Positions 1 through 15,522 of a DNA stretch of 64,000 nucleotides are shown one piece after another. The stretch lies in assembly GCF_009914755.1 (NCBI RefSeq), contig NC_060933.1; one strand, written 5' to 3'. This stretch comes from the human T2T-CHM13v2.0 reference genome, Homo sapiens. Below the pieces are notes generated by a model. It saw only the letters and a program-made list of their open reading frames with translations, ran no database searches and was not told the origin of the DNA. Numbering within the stretch: the first letter of the stretch is position 1; every line of letters begins with the position of its first letter. A program made the translations under genes and the position numbers.

Positions 1-391
1 TCCTATCCTACCGCACCTACACTTATTATAGTGGAAGCCAGCTCACATAACTGTCAGATGAAAACCTTAGTGCTCCTTTGTTCTTATACTCCTAAAATTA
101 ATAGTGGTATCAACCTTCACTATCCCAAGGACCTTCCAGCAATCATGTTTATTTAAGAACCATTGGGTCCAGAGAACCTTTCACTAAGTGCCATTAAAAT
201 ATACATTTACTGGAAATCTACCTGGAAGGTGTCTCAGATTAATTCACAAATAATAAAAATACCATACTATTTAAGGAAAATTTGATCATCAATAGGTTTT
301 TTAAATATATTTAATGTTAATACATGCTTTTCCAGCTGATTTTATCGATTTTTATCTATTTTGAATTTCATATTTTTATTTCTTATTTCAG

Positions 392-428
392 GGAAAAACA
401 CTTTAATCTTTTGAAATACACCTCTGTG
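392..428 (+). CDS. Putative internal coding exon (37 nt, phase 2 to 0; R-EKHFNLLKYTSV) of an unidentified gene
   Basis: Long T-rich tract and acceptor tttttatttcttatttcag at 372-391, donor GTG/gtaata at 429, open frame, non-repetitive context; its phase fits the downstream exons at 14285 or 15309. Confidence 0.5.
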
Positions 429-1384
429 GTAATATACTTTTTGGTCTGTTTTCAGCTAGAGAAATGTAGCTTTAGACTCACACAATTTATTTATTTATTT
501 TTTCTTTCAAATTTTCACTTACTTTTTAAACACTCTTTGAGGTATGACTCATTTTTTAAAAACAAATTAAAATATGATGCTGTGAAAAATTCAGTGAATA
601 TGCAATATGGTAAGTTATAATTTTGATTATTTAAAATAACTGTTTTATAGTTTTCACTTTTATAATAATGCAGATGATTGTTATGGATTGAATACATATA
701 ATATATAAAGAACTACACTAGACAGTTATATAAATATTTTACTTAATGATCAATTAATGACTCAGGGAAAATCAAGATAAGGCAACTGAAGAAAATTTCC
801 TATCTCACATTACTAGAGAGCTGAGCTGATATTAAAATCTAGGTCCTTATTAATGCAAAATATTATAAGCTTAGCTTCTACAGATGATTGTCTACATATT
901 TTTGAAATCATGATGGTAATAATCTTATGGAATTGAAATTTGTATTTAGTGTTAAATATTTTTTATAATATAGCTTGAGCAGTGAAGAGATATTTCTTGT
1001 GACTTGAAACAAAAATTTGGAGGAGTGTACAACCAGATGTTTCAGTGTAAGAATTACAGATATTAGGAAAGTGGAATGTGTACTTTGACAAAACTGTAAA
1101 AAAGGAAAATATTTAAGCATTTTAATTAATACTTATTGGAATCTTTGTGCTGTAACTTCTCTGCAGGAATAGTAAATGTGCCTAGAGAAAGTAAGTGCCA
1201 TTGAAAACATGACTCTGTTAGAGTCTTAAAGGGAAGTTTATTAGATGGAGCACACAAAATGAAATAGATTTTTAGAGAATGTTCATGGAAATATTTCTAA
1301 AGTAAAAATGCAGTCTCCTTCATTTAAAATATAGCAAGATAAGGTTTTGGGGTAGATCTTGTATCCAATATTATTTGTTAATAG

Positions 1385-1480
1385 TTTTTCAATTTTGAAA
1401 AATTTTAAACATATCCCAAAATAAAAAAAATTGCAATGAACAAGTGCATATACACCATCTAGTTCTACCATTAATGTTTT
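1385..1480 (-). mobile_element. Ancient L1ME-type 3' end fragment
   Basis: aaaattttaaacatat...aatgaacaagtgcatatacaccatctagttc resembles the reverse complement of an L1ME4/MC4 3' terminus. Confidence 0.4.
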
Positions 1481-1482
1481 AT

Positions 1483-2978
<1,496 letters not shown>

Positions 2979-2979
2979 A

Positions 2980-3660
2980 AATTTACTTTTTAAAGTGATG
3001 GTTTAAAAGGTTTGCCCATTTTACTGTCTCTCCCACTTATTTTGTCTTTTTATTTTTCAATTGTATGAGTTCTTTTTCACCTCCCTTCTCAACTTCCTAC
3101 CTTTGGTTAAGAATATTCTGTCAGATATAAATTTTGAGAGTCGAATTATTAAATAAAGGTCTACTTCTTGCTATTTGCTTTGTTGCCTGATATATGTGTC
3201 AACCCTTAGGTCAGTACAATATCTGTAGCTTTATAATAAAACTGGATGTCAAGTAATTTAAGTGATCAAATTTTGCTCATTTTTAAAATGATTTCTAGGT
3301 TATTTGTATTGACATATATTATTTATAACAACCTTGCCAATTCCTACAAAAAGTGCTCCTGGGATTTTGACTCGGATTGCATCACAGCTATAGATCAATT
3401 TAGAAATAAATGACGTATTAACAACTTTGAATATTTCAGTTCTTGTCTTTTCTCTAATTTGCCTAATATCAGTACTTAAGATTTCCACTAAAATGTTCAT
3501 ATATGTGGTGAGAATGAGGTTTCTTGCCCTTTTCCCCAAATTTATAGGAAATATGTTTAATATTTTGCCCAATGTACAATGTTAGCTACACATTTATTAA
3601 AATGCTCTTCATGAGATTAAGGGTCAATCCTTCTGTTCCTAGTTTGCTTAGGGTTTTTGT
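2980..3660 (-). mobile_element. Degenerate L1M ORF2 remnant
   Basis: L1 ORF2-like motifs (gggattttgactcggattgcatc, ccttctgttcctagtttgct). Confidence 0.55.
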
Positions 3661-3667
3661 GAATGAA

Positions 3668-3825
3668 TGTGTATGTGTGTGTGTGTATATATATATGTGT
3701 GTGTGTGTATATATGTGCATACATATATTTAGGATATATATTTATATATAGATAAAAATATATCTATGTATATATATAAATATATATGTGTGTGTATATA
3801 TATATTTTATATATATATATATATT
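3668..3825. repeat. Compound (TG)n/(TA)n microsatellite
   Basis: Seen directly in the sequence. Confidence 0.9.
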
Positions 3826-6314
3826 TAGGATCTACTCTTAAGTACACAATACAGTTATTAACTATAGTCACCATGCTGTATAATTGATCCTCAGAACTCA
3901 TTCATTCAGCCTAACTGTAACTTTGTGTCCTTTGACAAACTTCTCCCCATTCCTCCACCCGAGCCCCTGGAAACCACTATTCTGTTCTCTGATCCTATAC
4001 ATTCATTGTTTTGTAATTCCACATATAGGTGAGATAATTTATTATTTTTCTTTCTGTGCTTGGCTTATTTCACATAGCCTAATGTCCTCCAAGTTCATCC
4101 ATGTTGTCACATATGACATAATTTCCTTTTTATAAGGCTGACAACTATTCCAGTGTGTGTGTGTGTGTGTGTGTGTGTGTAACGTTTTCTTTATATGCAT
4201 TCATCTGTGGATGGACATTTAGCTTGGTTCTATATCTAGACTATTATGTATAATGCAGCAATGAACACGAGTGTGCAGATATATCTTGGACATACTGATT
4301 TCATTTACTTTAGATATATGCCAGAAATGAGATTGCTGAATCATATAATTCTACTTTTTAAATATTTTGAAGAATATCCATACTGTTTTTTATAATTGTT
4401 GCAGCAATTTGCATTCTCACTAACAGTGCACAAGTGAGCCCCATTCTCCACATCCTTGCCAACAATTATCTTTTTTATTTTTGAGAAAAGTCATTCTATT
4501 AGGTAGGGGTGATATCTCATGGTAATTTTAATGTACATTGCTCTGATAATTAGTAATCTTGAATATTTTTTCATATTCCTATAGGATATTTGCATATCTT
4601 CTTTTAAAAGTGTCTATCTAGGTCCTTTGACCATTTTTTAATTGGGTTATTTGTTTTATTCTTATAGAGATTTTAATTGGGTTATTTGCTTTATTCTTAT
4701 AACGGTATTTAAGTTACTTATATATTTTGAATGTTAACCCCTTTTGGGATATATAGCTTGCTGATATTTTCACTTGTTCTGTAGACTGTATCTTCACTGT
4801 GTTGCTTTTTTCTTCTGCTATGCAAAAACTTTTCAGTTTGATGCAGTCAATACATCGAATTCTGCATTTTTCCTATGCTTTCAGGGGAACATAAAAAAAA
4901 ATCATTCCTTGGACTAACATCAAGGAATTTTTTTCTCTATGTTTTCTTCTGTAGTCTTACAGTTTTAGGACTTACATTTAATTAAATCTGTAATAAATTT
5001 GGGTTGATTACTATACATGGTATGAGATAAGGATTGAATTCATTATGTATATGGATATCCAGCTTTCCCAACATCATTTATTAAAGGGATTGTATTTTCT
5101 GCCTTGAGATTCATGTCAATTTTGTCAAAGATCAATTGATCCTAAATGTATTGATTAATGTCTGAGCTCTCTATTGTGTGCCATTGGTCTATGTATCTGT
5201 GTAATGCCAGTAGCATGGTGTTTTGATTCCTATAGCTTCATATTATATATTGAAACATCATTGTGTAATGCTTCTAGCATTGCTTTTCTTTCTCAAGACT
5301 CCTTTGGCTATTTGCAGTCTTTGGTAGTTGCATAAATATTTCAAAATTGTTTTTCTGGGGGGTATTTTGTAGTTGCATAGAAATTTCAATATTGCCTTTT
5401 GTATTTCTGTGGAAAATGTCATTGTAATTTTTATATCAATTACATTGAACTGGTAGATTGCTTTAAGTACTATGGACATTTTAACCATATCAATTCCTCA
5501 GTCCATGAGCATGGAATATCTTTCCACTAATTTGTGTCATCTTCAATTTCTTTCCTCAATATTCTACAGTTGTTATTTTACATGTCTTTCACTTCCTCGG
5601 TTAAATGTATTCTTAAGCATATTTTTTTGCAGTTATTGTAAATGGGACTGATTTCTTAACTTTTTTGATAGTTGTTAGTGTATAGAAGTGCTACTGATTT
5701 ATGTGTTGATTTGTACCTTTCAACTTTATTGAATTTATTTATTAATTCTTACAGTGTTTTGGTAAAGTGTTTATGATATTTTAAGTATAAGGCCATGGCA
5801 TCTGTAAACAGAGACAATTTAACTTATTTCTTTCCAAATTGGATGTTTTTTAAAATTTATTTTTCTTGCCAAATATCTCTGGCTAGGACTTTCACTACTA
5901 TGCTGAATGCAAGTAGCCAGACTAGAGGGAAATAATAAAAATGATCTATCCTGGAAAATGTTCTGTATGTGCTTGAGAAGAATGTGTATTTTGCTGCTTT
6001 TGGATAGAATGTCTGTATATGGCTTTTAGGTCCATTTGTTTTATAGTGATATTTAAGTTTCCTGCTTTCGTAAAGATTTTTCTGTCTGGAAGATATGTCC
6101 ATTGTTGAAAATGGGATATTGAAATCCCAAACTATTATTGTATTGTTTAATAATTATTTCTTCAATCAACTTAATATTTGCTTTATAGATGTTTCAATGC
6201 TGGGTGCATATACATTTAGAATTGTTCTGTCTTTTTGATTAATTGACCCCTTTATCATTTTAGAGTAACCTACTTTGCCTTGGGACAGATTTTGACTAAA
6301 GGTTTATTTTTTCT

Positions 6315-6354
<40 letters not shown>

Positions 6355-7075
6355 GCTATGTGTGTTATATATAAAGCCATTTACATGAAATAGTTTTTCC
6401 ATCCCTTCACTTTCATCCTCTGTGTATACTTAAGCTAAGTTGAATCATTTGTGGGAAACATATTGTTGGATCTTGGTTTTCTACTCATTCAGTCACTCTG
6501 TGACTTTTCCGTTTTGATTTTCCATTAAATTGCAATCATAATTTAAGCCATTTACATTGAAACTAATTATTGGTAAGGACTTACTGTTGTCATTTTGTTC
6601 ATTGTTTCCTGTTTTGTAGTTCTTTTGTTCTTTTCCTCCTTTCTTGTTGTCATAGTTTTCATTTGTTTAACAGTGTATTCTTTGATTCTTTTCGTGTTTT
6701 TAAAAAATATTTCTTTTTTTTTCTTTATTTTCAGACAGAGTCTTACTCTTTTGTGAGGCTGGAGTGCAGTGGCGCAATCTCAGCTAACTGTAACCTCTGC
6801 TTCCCAGGCTCAAAGGATCTTCCCACCTCTCCTTTGTTTAGCTGGGACTACAGTAGGGCACCACCATGTCCAGCTAATTTTCGTTTTTTTAGTAGAGATG
6901 GGGTTTTGCCATGTTCCTCAGACTGGTATCAAACTCCTGGCCTCAAATGATCTTCCTACTTAGGCTGGCCAAAGTGCTGGGATTACAGGCATGAGCCACC
7001 ATGCCTGAACTTTAAAAAGCATTTCTACTATATGTTTTTCTTTTTGATTACCAAAAAACTTCTATTAAAAATCTT
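3826..7075 (-). mobile_element. L1MA element (3'UTR, ORF2 with internal deletion near 5910-5940, endonuclease region, inter-ORF)
   Basis: L1MA-type 3'UTR (ttattaactatagtcaccatgctgt); ORF2 peptides in the ORF track (5258-5488, 5857-6102); (GT)n at 4153-4180 and (CA)n at 6318-6348. Confidence 0.85.
6711..7010 (-). mobile_element. AluJ
   Basis: Full dimeric Alu with J diagnostics (ggctcaa, ctggcctcaa). Confidence 0.9.
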
Positions 7076-7084
7076 TTAAAGTTC

Positions 7085-7480
7085 ATTCAGCAGAAGAAGG
7101 AATTAGTCAACTTTAAGACATGTTATTTAAAATTAGCCACTTGGGGAAACAAAAGAAAAAAAGAATGAAATAAGTGAACAAAGTATGAGGGACCTATGGC
7201 ACACTATCAAGCATATGAACATATAATTTATGGAATTTCCAGTAGGAGAAGAGAGAGAGAAAAGATAAACATCTTACTTAAAGAAATACTGGCTGAGAAC
7301 TTCCCAAATGTTGATAGGGATATGCACATACAAATTTATGCAGCCCAAAGACCCTTAAGTAAAATTTACTCAAAGGAGGACATTCCAACATACATTATAA
7401 TCAAATTGTCAAAAGTAAAAGACAAAAAAAAAATACCAGTGGAATTCTCAGCAGAAATCTTGTAAGGTAGGAAGAAATGT
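7085..7480 (+). mobile_element. L1M ORF1 fragment, inverted relative to the adjacent L1MA
   Basis: ORF 7196-7465 (EILAENFPN...IIIKLSKVKDK...FSAE) matches L1 ORF1p RRM/CTD motifs. Confidence 0.85.
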
Positions 7481-7759
7481 TATTTGTTTGTTTGTAACTT
7501 TTATATATATAATATATATATATCTATATATTATATCTATATATATTGTATATATATTTAAAACAAATTATTAAATTTCTAACAGATTCAGGGGCCATTA
7601 GGTATTTTATTTTGTTTTAATTTTAATAAAATGTTAAAATTTAATTTAATTTGCAGAAATTGTTGGCTTAAAGTTATTTATAGTGTTCTTTTATTAACTT
7701 TTTAACATGTAGAATATTTAATTCATTGATCATATTCCCATAACACTGACCATAAATAG

Positions 7760-8736
<977 letters not shown>

Positions 8737-10409
8737 AAGACTTTCATTTCCAGACAAGATTGCACAGACTCACCTTTCCCTCTACCTCCTCTTCCCCTCT
8801 AAACACAACCAAATACTCTGGGAATAATTAACAATAATAACAGGACTCTGAAAAGTGGAATGAAGTCATCCAGGTTAGAGATCTCAGAACTTAAAGCAGC
8901 AATATTCCTTTGAATTCCATAGGTTTTCTTTGAACCCTTAGTTATTCTTAACTGTCCACCAGAGATCCTTGCAACCACCTACATACACAGCTCTCCCTAC
9001 ATCTCCCTCAAAAGAAATATAAATATTTTAAAGCCAGATAAAGAACTGTGGACAAGAGAAATAACATCAGTTATCTAATGGGAAAATGGAGAGACCCATC
9101 CCCTCAAATCACCTGTCAGCAGCAGTGGCTTCTCTTCCTACAGCGGTGGTGCCAGCAGAGCCCTGGTGGAACATCCCATCTTCTGCTCAAACCTAAGCAG
9201 CAGCAAGTCTTCTAACCTTCTACTGAGACTGCAGCCAACTTAGCTCTTCACCTAGCAGCAGAAGGAAAACTCATCCCAAGTACTCCCATACTTCTACCAC
9301 CCCTCACTCACCACCAGCAAAAGGTAGCTCAGGTCAGTGGGTGTGGTGTTCCCACATTGGCACTGGCCTACGAGATAAAATGAGAATTCCATTGGCACCA
9401 GATGTCAGAAAAACAGGCCAGGGGAAATCTCCCTTTTCTCATAGGCCAGATATCCCACAATCCCTCCTCATACCTAGAAACACCTGAAGGCCAGGGAAGT
9501 ATAATCTACTGCTACAACGAACACAGCTAGAATTCAGCACGAGCTCCAGAAAAGCTGGATAAATATAATAAACCAGCATAGCATAGCAAGAGATCAGCAA
9601 GCTATATTGTTATTGGAGCTACAGGCCACAAATATTACCCCCAAATCAACATACCTAACGTGTTTCTGGAAAAATAAATCCCCAGGCCACAAAGGCTTCA
9701 CTGGAGAATTTTACCTAACACTGGAAGAATCTTTATACCAGTTTTGTACAACCCATTGCAGAAAATAAAAGAGGAGGGGACACTTTCCATTTTAGGTGAC
9801 AAATATTATCCTAATAGGAAAACTTTACAAAAATATTACAAAAAGGGATAACTGCAGACCATGATTCCTCATGAACTTAAATGCAAAAACTTAAACATAA
9901 TATAAACAATTTAAATTTAGCAATGTATTAAAATTATTATATACCATAATAAAGCGAGATCTATTACAGGTAAGTTCAGTATTTCAAAATCAATCAGTGT
10001 AATCCACCCTATCAACAGAGAAAGGGGAAAAATCATATGGTCATATCAATGAATGCAGAAAAAAACATTTGATAATGTTCAACATGCATTCGTGATAAAA
10101 GCTTTAGCAATTGGTAATAGAGGGGGACTTCAACTTGATAAGGCAATAAAAAATACAAAAATCATGCAAACTGTTTTCAGATAGCATGATTCTTTATACA
10201 GGAATTCCAGGGAATCTACAAAAATAAACTCTTAGTACTAATCAATGAGTTCAGCAATGTATACGAGAAAAACAAACACAATTGCATTTTTATATTAATA
10301 ATAAACATGTGGAAACTGAAATTCAAAATGCAACACAAAACAAATAAGAAACACAACAACATTTAAAATTGAACTGAACATAATGAAGTACTTTCATGTA
10401 AATTAAACA

Positions 10410-13145
10410 AGGGTAGAAATTATACTAATGGTCTAAAATCTCTTTCAGAGAATGGAGGCGGAAGGAATAATTCCTAACCCATTATGTAAGGCGAACAGTA
10501 CACAAATAACAGAACCAGATAAAGTCACAAACAGAAAAGAAATCTACAGACCAATATCTCTCACAAATATAGATGCAAAAATCCTCAACAAAATATTAGC
10601 AAATTAAATCCAATAGTATATAAAAAGAATTATGCACCATGATGAAGTGAGATTTATCCCAGGTACACAAAGATGGTTCAACATTTGAAAATCAAGTTTT
10701 AGAGTTTATCATATCAATAGGCTAACAAAGAAAAAAAGATACAATCATATCAAGAGATGCAGAAAGGGCATTTGCCAAAATCCAACACCCATTAATGATA
10801 AAAACTCTCAGTAAACTAGGTATACGGGGGGACTTTCTTCACAGAATAAAGAATACCTACAAAAACTCTACAATTAACATGATACTTAATGATTAGAAAC
10901 TAGAAGCTTCCCCACTAAAATTAGAACTAAGGCAAAGATGTTCTCTTTATCATATTTTCATCATGTTAACGGAATTATTTGGTAGTGCAACAAAATAAAG
11001 CAAAGAAAAATGTACGTGGATAAGATGAAAGAAAACTGTTTTTAAATATGACATGATTATATAGAATATCTGAAAGAAATTTTAAAACTCCTAGCAATAA
11101 TAAGTGATTATAGCAAGGTTGCAAGATACAAGGTTATTATATAAAAAGCAATTGTTTTCCTGCAAAAAAGTGGAATTTGAAATAAAAAACACAATACAAT
11201 TTATGTTAGCACCAAAAAATGAAATGCTTAGGTATAAAACTAACAAAATATGTATAATATCTATATTTTAAAAACCTACAAGCTAATAAAATAAATGAAA
11301 GAAAAACAAATAAAAGAAGAAACATTCCATGTTCATGGAAAGAAAGGCTCAATATTGACAACATGTCAATTTTTCCCAACATGATGTATAGGTTTAGTGC
11401 AATCCTAATTAAAATCTCAGCAAGTTATTTTGTTTATGAGGTGAGACAAAACTCCCAAGAAGAAGAAAGTTGGAGGACTTACACTATCTGAAGCGAAGAT
11501 GTACTATAAAGCTACAATAACCAAAACAGCATGGTATTGGTAAAACCAAAATAGACAAATGAATTAGTGAAATAAAATAGAGACTCCCTCCAGTAGACTC
11601 ATATAAATACAATAAATTAATCTTTGACTAAAATACAAAAGCAATAAAATGGAGCAAAGACAGTCTTTTAAATGAACTTTTCTGAAACAACTGGACGTCC
11701 ACATGCCAAGAAAATGAGTCTAGACAAAACATGAGTCTTACACTCATTATAATTAACACCAAATGGATCATAGATCTAATATAAAATGTAAAACTGTCAA
11801 AGTCCCAGAAAATTTGGATTGTGCCTTTAGTGTTCTATCTAAAAAGTCATAGGCATGTCCAAATATATCCATATATTAAATCCAAATATCATATCCTAAT
11901 ATGGCAATGACTTTTTAGATAGAACGCTAAAGGTACAATTCATGAAATAAACAATTGATAAGCTGGGTGTCACTAAAACTTAAACTAAAGTTTTTGTTTT
12001 TCAAAAGATAATGTCAAGAGAATGAAAATACAAGCCACAGATTGGGGAAAAAAATTGCAAAAGACACATCTGATAAAAGACTGTTATCCAAAATACACAA
12101 AGCATTACTACAACTCAACAGCAAGATTGTAAAGAACCAATTAAAAAATAGGCCAAAGATCTTAACAGACACTTAACTTATGAAAGAAAACATACAAATG
12201 GAAATTAAATATATAAAAAGATACTCCATATCATATGCTATCAGGGAAATAAAAATTAAAGCAATTGTGAGATACATTACACATCTATCCAAAGGGCCGA
12301 AATCTGAAACACTGACAATAGCAAATGTTAGCAATTTTGTAGAGCAGTAGGAACTTATATGCATTACTGGTAAAAAACAAAAACAAAAACAAAAAAACAG
12401 CCATTTTGGAAGACAGTTTGGCATAAAAAAATACTAGTACCATAAAATTCAGCAATTGTGTTCCTTGGTATTTACCCAAAGCAGTAGAAAACTTATGTCC
12501 ACATAAAACCTGTACATGGATGTGCATAGCATGCTTACAAATACATAATTGCCAAAATTTGGGAGCAACCAAGATATCGTTCAGTAGGCAAAGAAGTAAA
12601 AAAACTACTTTCCCCTCAGAGAGTGGAATATTATTCAGTGCTAAAATATTTGTGATATCAAGCCATAAAAAAATGGAAGAACCTTAAATGCATATTAATA
12701 AGTGAAATAAGGCAATCTGAAAAGTCACTTCTATGTGATTCCAACTGTATGATGTTCTAGAAAAGGTAAAACTATGGAGACATTAAAAATATCACTGGCT
12801 GTCACAGGTTGAGGGAGAAAAGGTTGAAAAGATAGAGTGCAGAGGATTTTTGGAACAGTAACATACTCTATATGATACTATAATGATAAATCATGTAATT
12901 ATCATTTGTCCAAACCCACAGAACGTACACCACAAAGAGAGAACTCCAGACTTTGGGTGATTATGATGTTAACATTTATCAACTGTAACAAATTTACCAC
13001 TCTGGTGGAGGATATTGATACTTCAAAGAGGCTATATGTGTGCAGGTCAGGGTTTTCTGAGAAATCTCTGAATATCTTTATTGATTGTACTGTGAACCTA
13101 AAACTGCTCTAAAATTAAAATCTTATAAAATAAAACAACTAAAAA
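10410..13145 (+). mobile_element. L1MC (MC1/MC2-like) 3' half nested in an older L1
   Basis: The ORF2 RT region restarts at ~10430 (repeating the motif order of 9740-10400) and ends with gtgaacctaaaactgctctaaaa plus an A-rich tail. Confidence 0.75.
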
Positions 13146-13573
13146 ATAGAAACACATCTGATGTTCTTTAATGGATAAATGGTTAAAAAAGTATGGTACA
13201 CAATACCAACAATGGAATATACTCAGCAATAAAAAGGAAGGGACTATTGATATTCACAAAAACCTATATGGATAGGTGGGGAATTATGCAAAGTTAAAAC
13301 ATTTAATATCGAAAGCTAACATAAGGTTATATAACATCAAACATGCATTTACATAATATTCTTGAAAGACAAAATCATAGAAATAAATAACAGATTAATG
13401 TTTTACAGTGTTTAGAATGGGGTATAGTAGAGAGAGGAGAGAGGTAATCGTAGTTATAAAAGGGCAACATGAGAGACACTTTTAATCATGGAACTTATCT
13501 ATGTGATGAGTGTCATGCTGAGTACCTGAACCTAACCATGTGATAAAATACTTAGATCTAAATATTAAACCTA

Positions 13574-13891
<318 letters not shown>

Positions 13892-13918
13892 TTAATTCTC
13901 TCTCTCTCAAATACACAA

Positions 13919-13949
<31 letters not shown>

Positions 13950-14284
13950 CCATACATGTATAACTGGGGAAATAATAATATCCATCTATTCTATCAATGT
14001 CAATATACAGGTTGTGGTATTGTGTTATAAGTTTTCTAAGTTGTTACTATTGTAGGGAAATCCATAAAGTGTACATGAGAGCTCTTTTTATTATTTCTTA
14101 CAGCTGTATGTAAATCTACAATTAGTTAAAATAAAAATTTATATCTAAAATGTACATTTATATATTCAAATATGTGTATGCTTATATATACCACATATTT
14201 ATGAATTATATGACACACATCAACATATAAGACATATTCTTATTTTGAGCCACAGCTTCTCCTAACATTTTTGCTGCTTTTTAG

Positions 14285-14314
14285 GTGATCTTATATTTAC
14301 AGAATAATAACTGA
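14285..14314 (+). CDS. Putative alternative terminal coding exon (VILYLQNNN* in phase 0)
   Basis: Branch-point-like cctaac at 14261, pyrimidine tract and ttag acceptor at 14281-14284, TGA at 14312-14314, AATAAA at 14323 and 14522. Confidence 0.4.
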   Translation: MILYLQNNN

Positions 14315-14879
14315 ATCTGAAAAATAAAAGAATGAAAATATAGGATGCTTTCTTTAAGGCTCTTAAAGAGGATCTTACATATTATGCTTGATTTAATAAT
14401 CAAGCGTGGTCATTCAACTGAAAATCCACTCACCATAAAATGCTTTTCATTTATTCTTAACAATTAATGTCCAAATAGTATTTATGGGAAAGCATTCATT
14501 TATTTGTTCTCTCGGTGGACAAATAAACCATTCTGACTTTTTAAACTTTAAAATTCTGTTTTGATGTAGCTGATAGAAAAATATCAACAGGCTTTAAAAA
14601 TAATTTATTATGCATATTTCTCTTTTTGATATTTTTATCTTCAATCTTAAATGTATATGGCATATATTTACATATAAGAATAAAATTCACATAAATTAGT
14701 AATCTGTATACCTTAATACTTCATATCCTTGGTAAGTTCACTCCATCTAAAAGGTTAGTCTCATTAGCATATCCATAAAAATAATTAAAGTTGTCATGGT
14801 TTCATTTTGCTGCTAACCTATCTCTTTTCCTCTAACATCTGCTACATATCCCTAGACTATTATGGCATTCAATTCTTTA

Positions 14880-15035
14880 AGTTGCAAACATTTATTTACC
14901 TGCCATTCTGGACCTCTTCACGCTACACCTCTCGAGGGTAGAAAGTGAATTTTAGTCATGTTTTCATAACTTATACAATCTTGCATATAATAGGTCTTTT
15001 GCTAAGCTTTGATTAATGAATGACTGAATCAATGC
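14880..15035 (+). mobile_element. L2 3' end remnant
   Basis: gagggtagaaag...cttgcatataataggtc...aatgaatgactgaat, a typical L2 tail. Confidence 0.4.
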
Positions 15036-15308
15036 AGGCATGAATGGGAATCAATTTCTGTCCTCTGCCTATGGGGTTTGTGTAATAATTTTTTTTGAAT
15101 TTTAAATTTAATAAGAATTGTCATAAGGGAATTAAGGAATTATCTTTTTGGAGTAGAGTGTACACAGAAGTGTACTACATGTAATTTCATATTTAACAAA
15201 TACATAGCACTCTAAGAATGCTAAATTGATTTTGCTTCCTTTAATTCTACCAAGCATATTCTTACTTAACTTGTGTTTTTAAATTCTATTTCTTTTTCAA
15301 ATACACAG

Positions 15309-15334
15309 TATGAATCCAGGCTATTAGTAGCAAG
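15309..15334 (+). CDS. Putative 26-nt coding exon (YESRLLVAR, phase 0 to 2), possibly derived from an L1ME 3'UTR
   Basis: Acceptor tctttttcaaatacacag and donor AAG/gtaatg; bridges the phases of 392-428 and 18467-18510. It overlaps the start of an old L1ME 3' fragment, so it may be exonised or spurious. Confidence 0.35.
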
Positions 15335-15522
15335 GTAATGATTATAATGGGAGGTGGAGGCATAGCAGTAATGAGATGGGATATACGGGCATGTTCTGGA
15401 GTGCTGCAAATATTCTAAGTACTGGTTGTATAAAAATGTTCACTTTGCTAAAAATATTCATTGTGTGGGTTACCCTTACGATTTGTAGACTTTTCTGTAA
15501 ACACATTACAATATAAATTAAA
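15312..15522 (+). mobile_element. L1ME 3'UTR terminal fragment
   Basis: ttctggagtgctgcaaatattct...gttcactttgctaaaaatattcat...gatttgtagacttttctgta resembles the L1ME3 3' end. Confidence 0.6.

Noticed and set aside
1167-1190. Casein/SCPP-family micro-exon idea
   Set aside because: SCPP exons are phase 0, which gives an immediate stop here; no signal-peptide or SSEE-type exon was seen.
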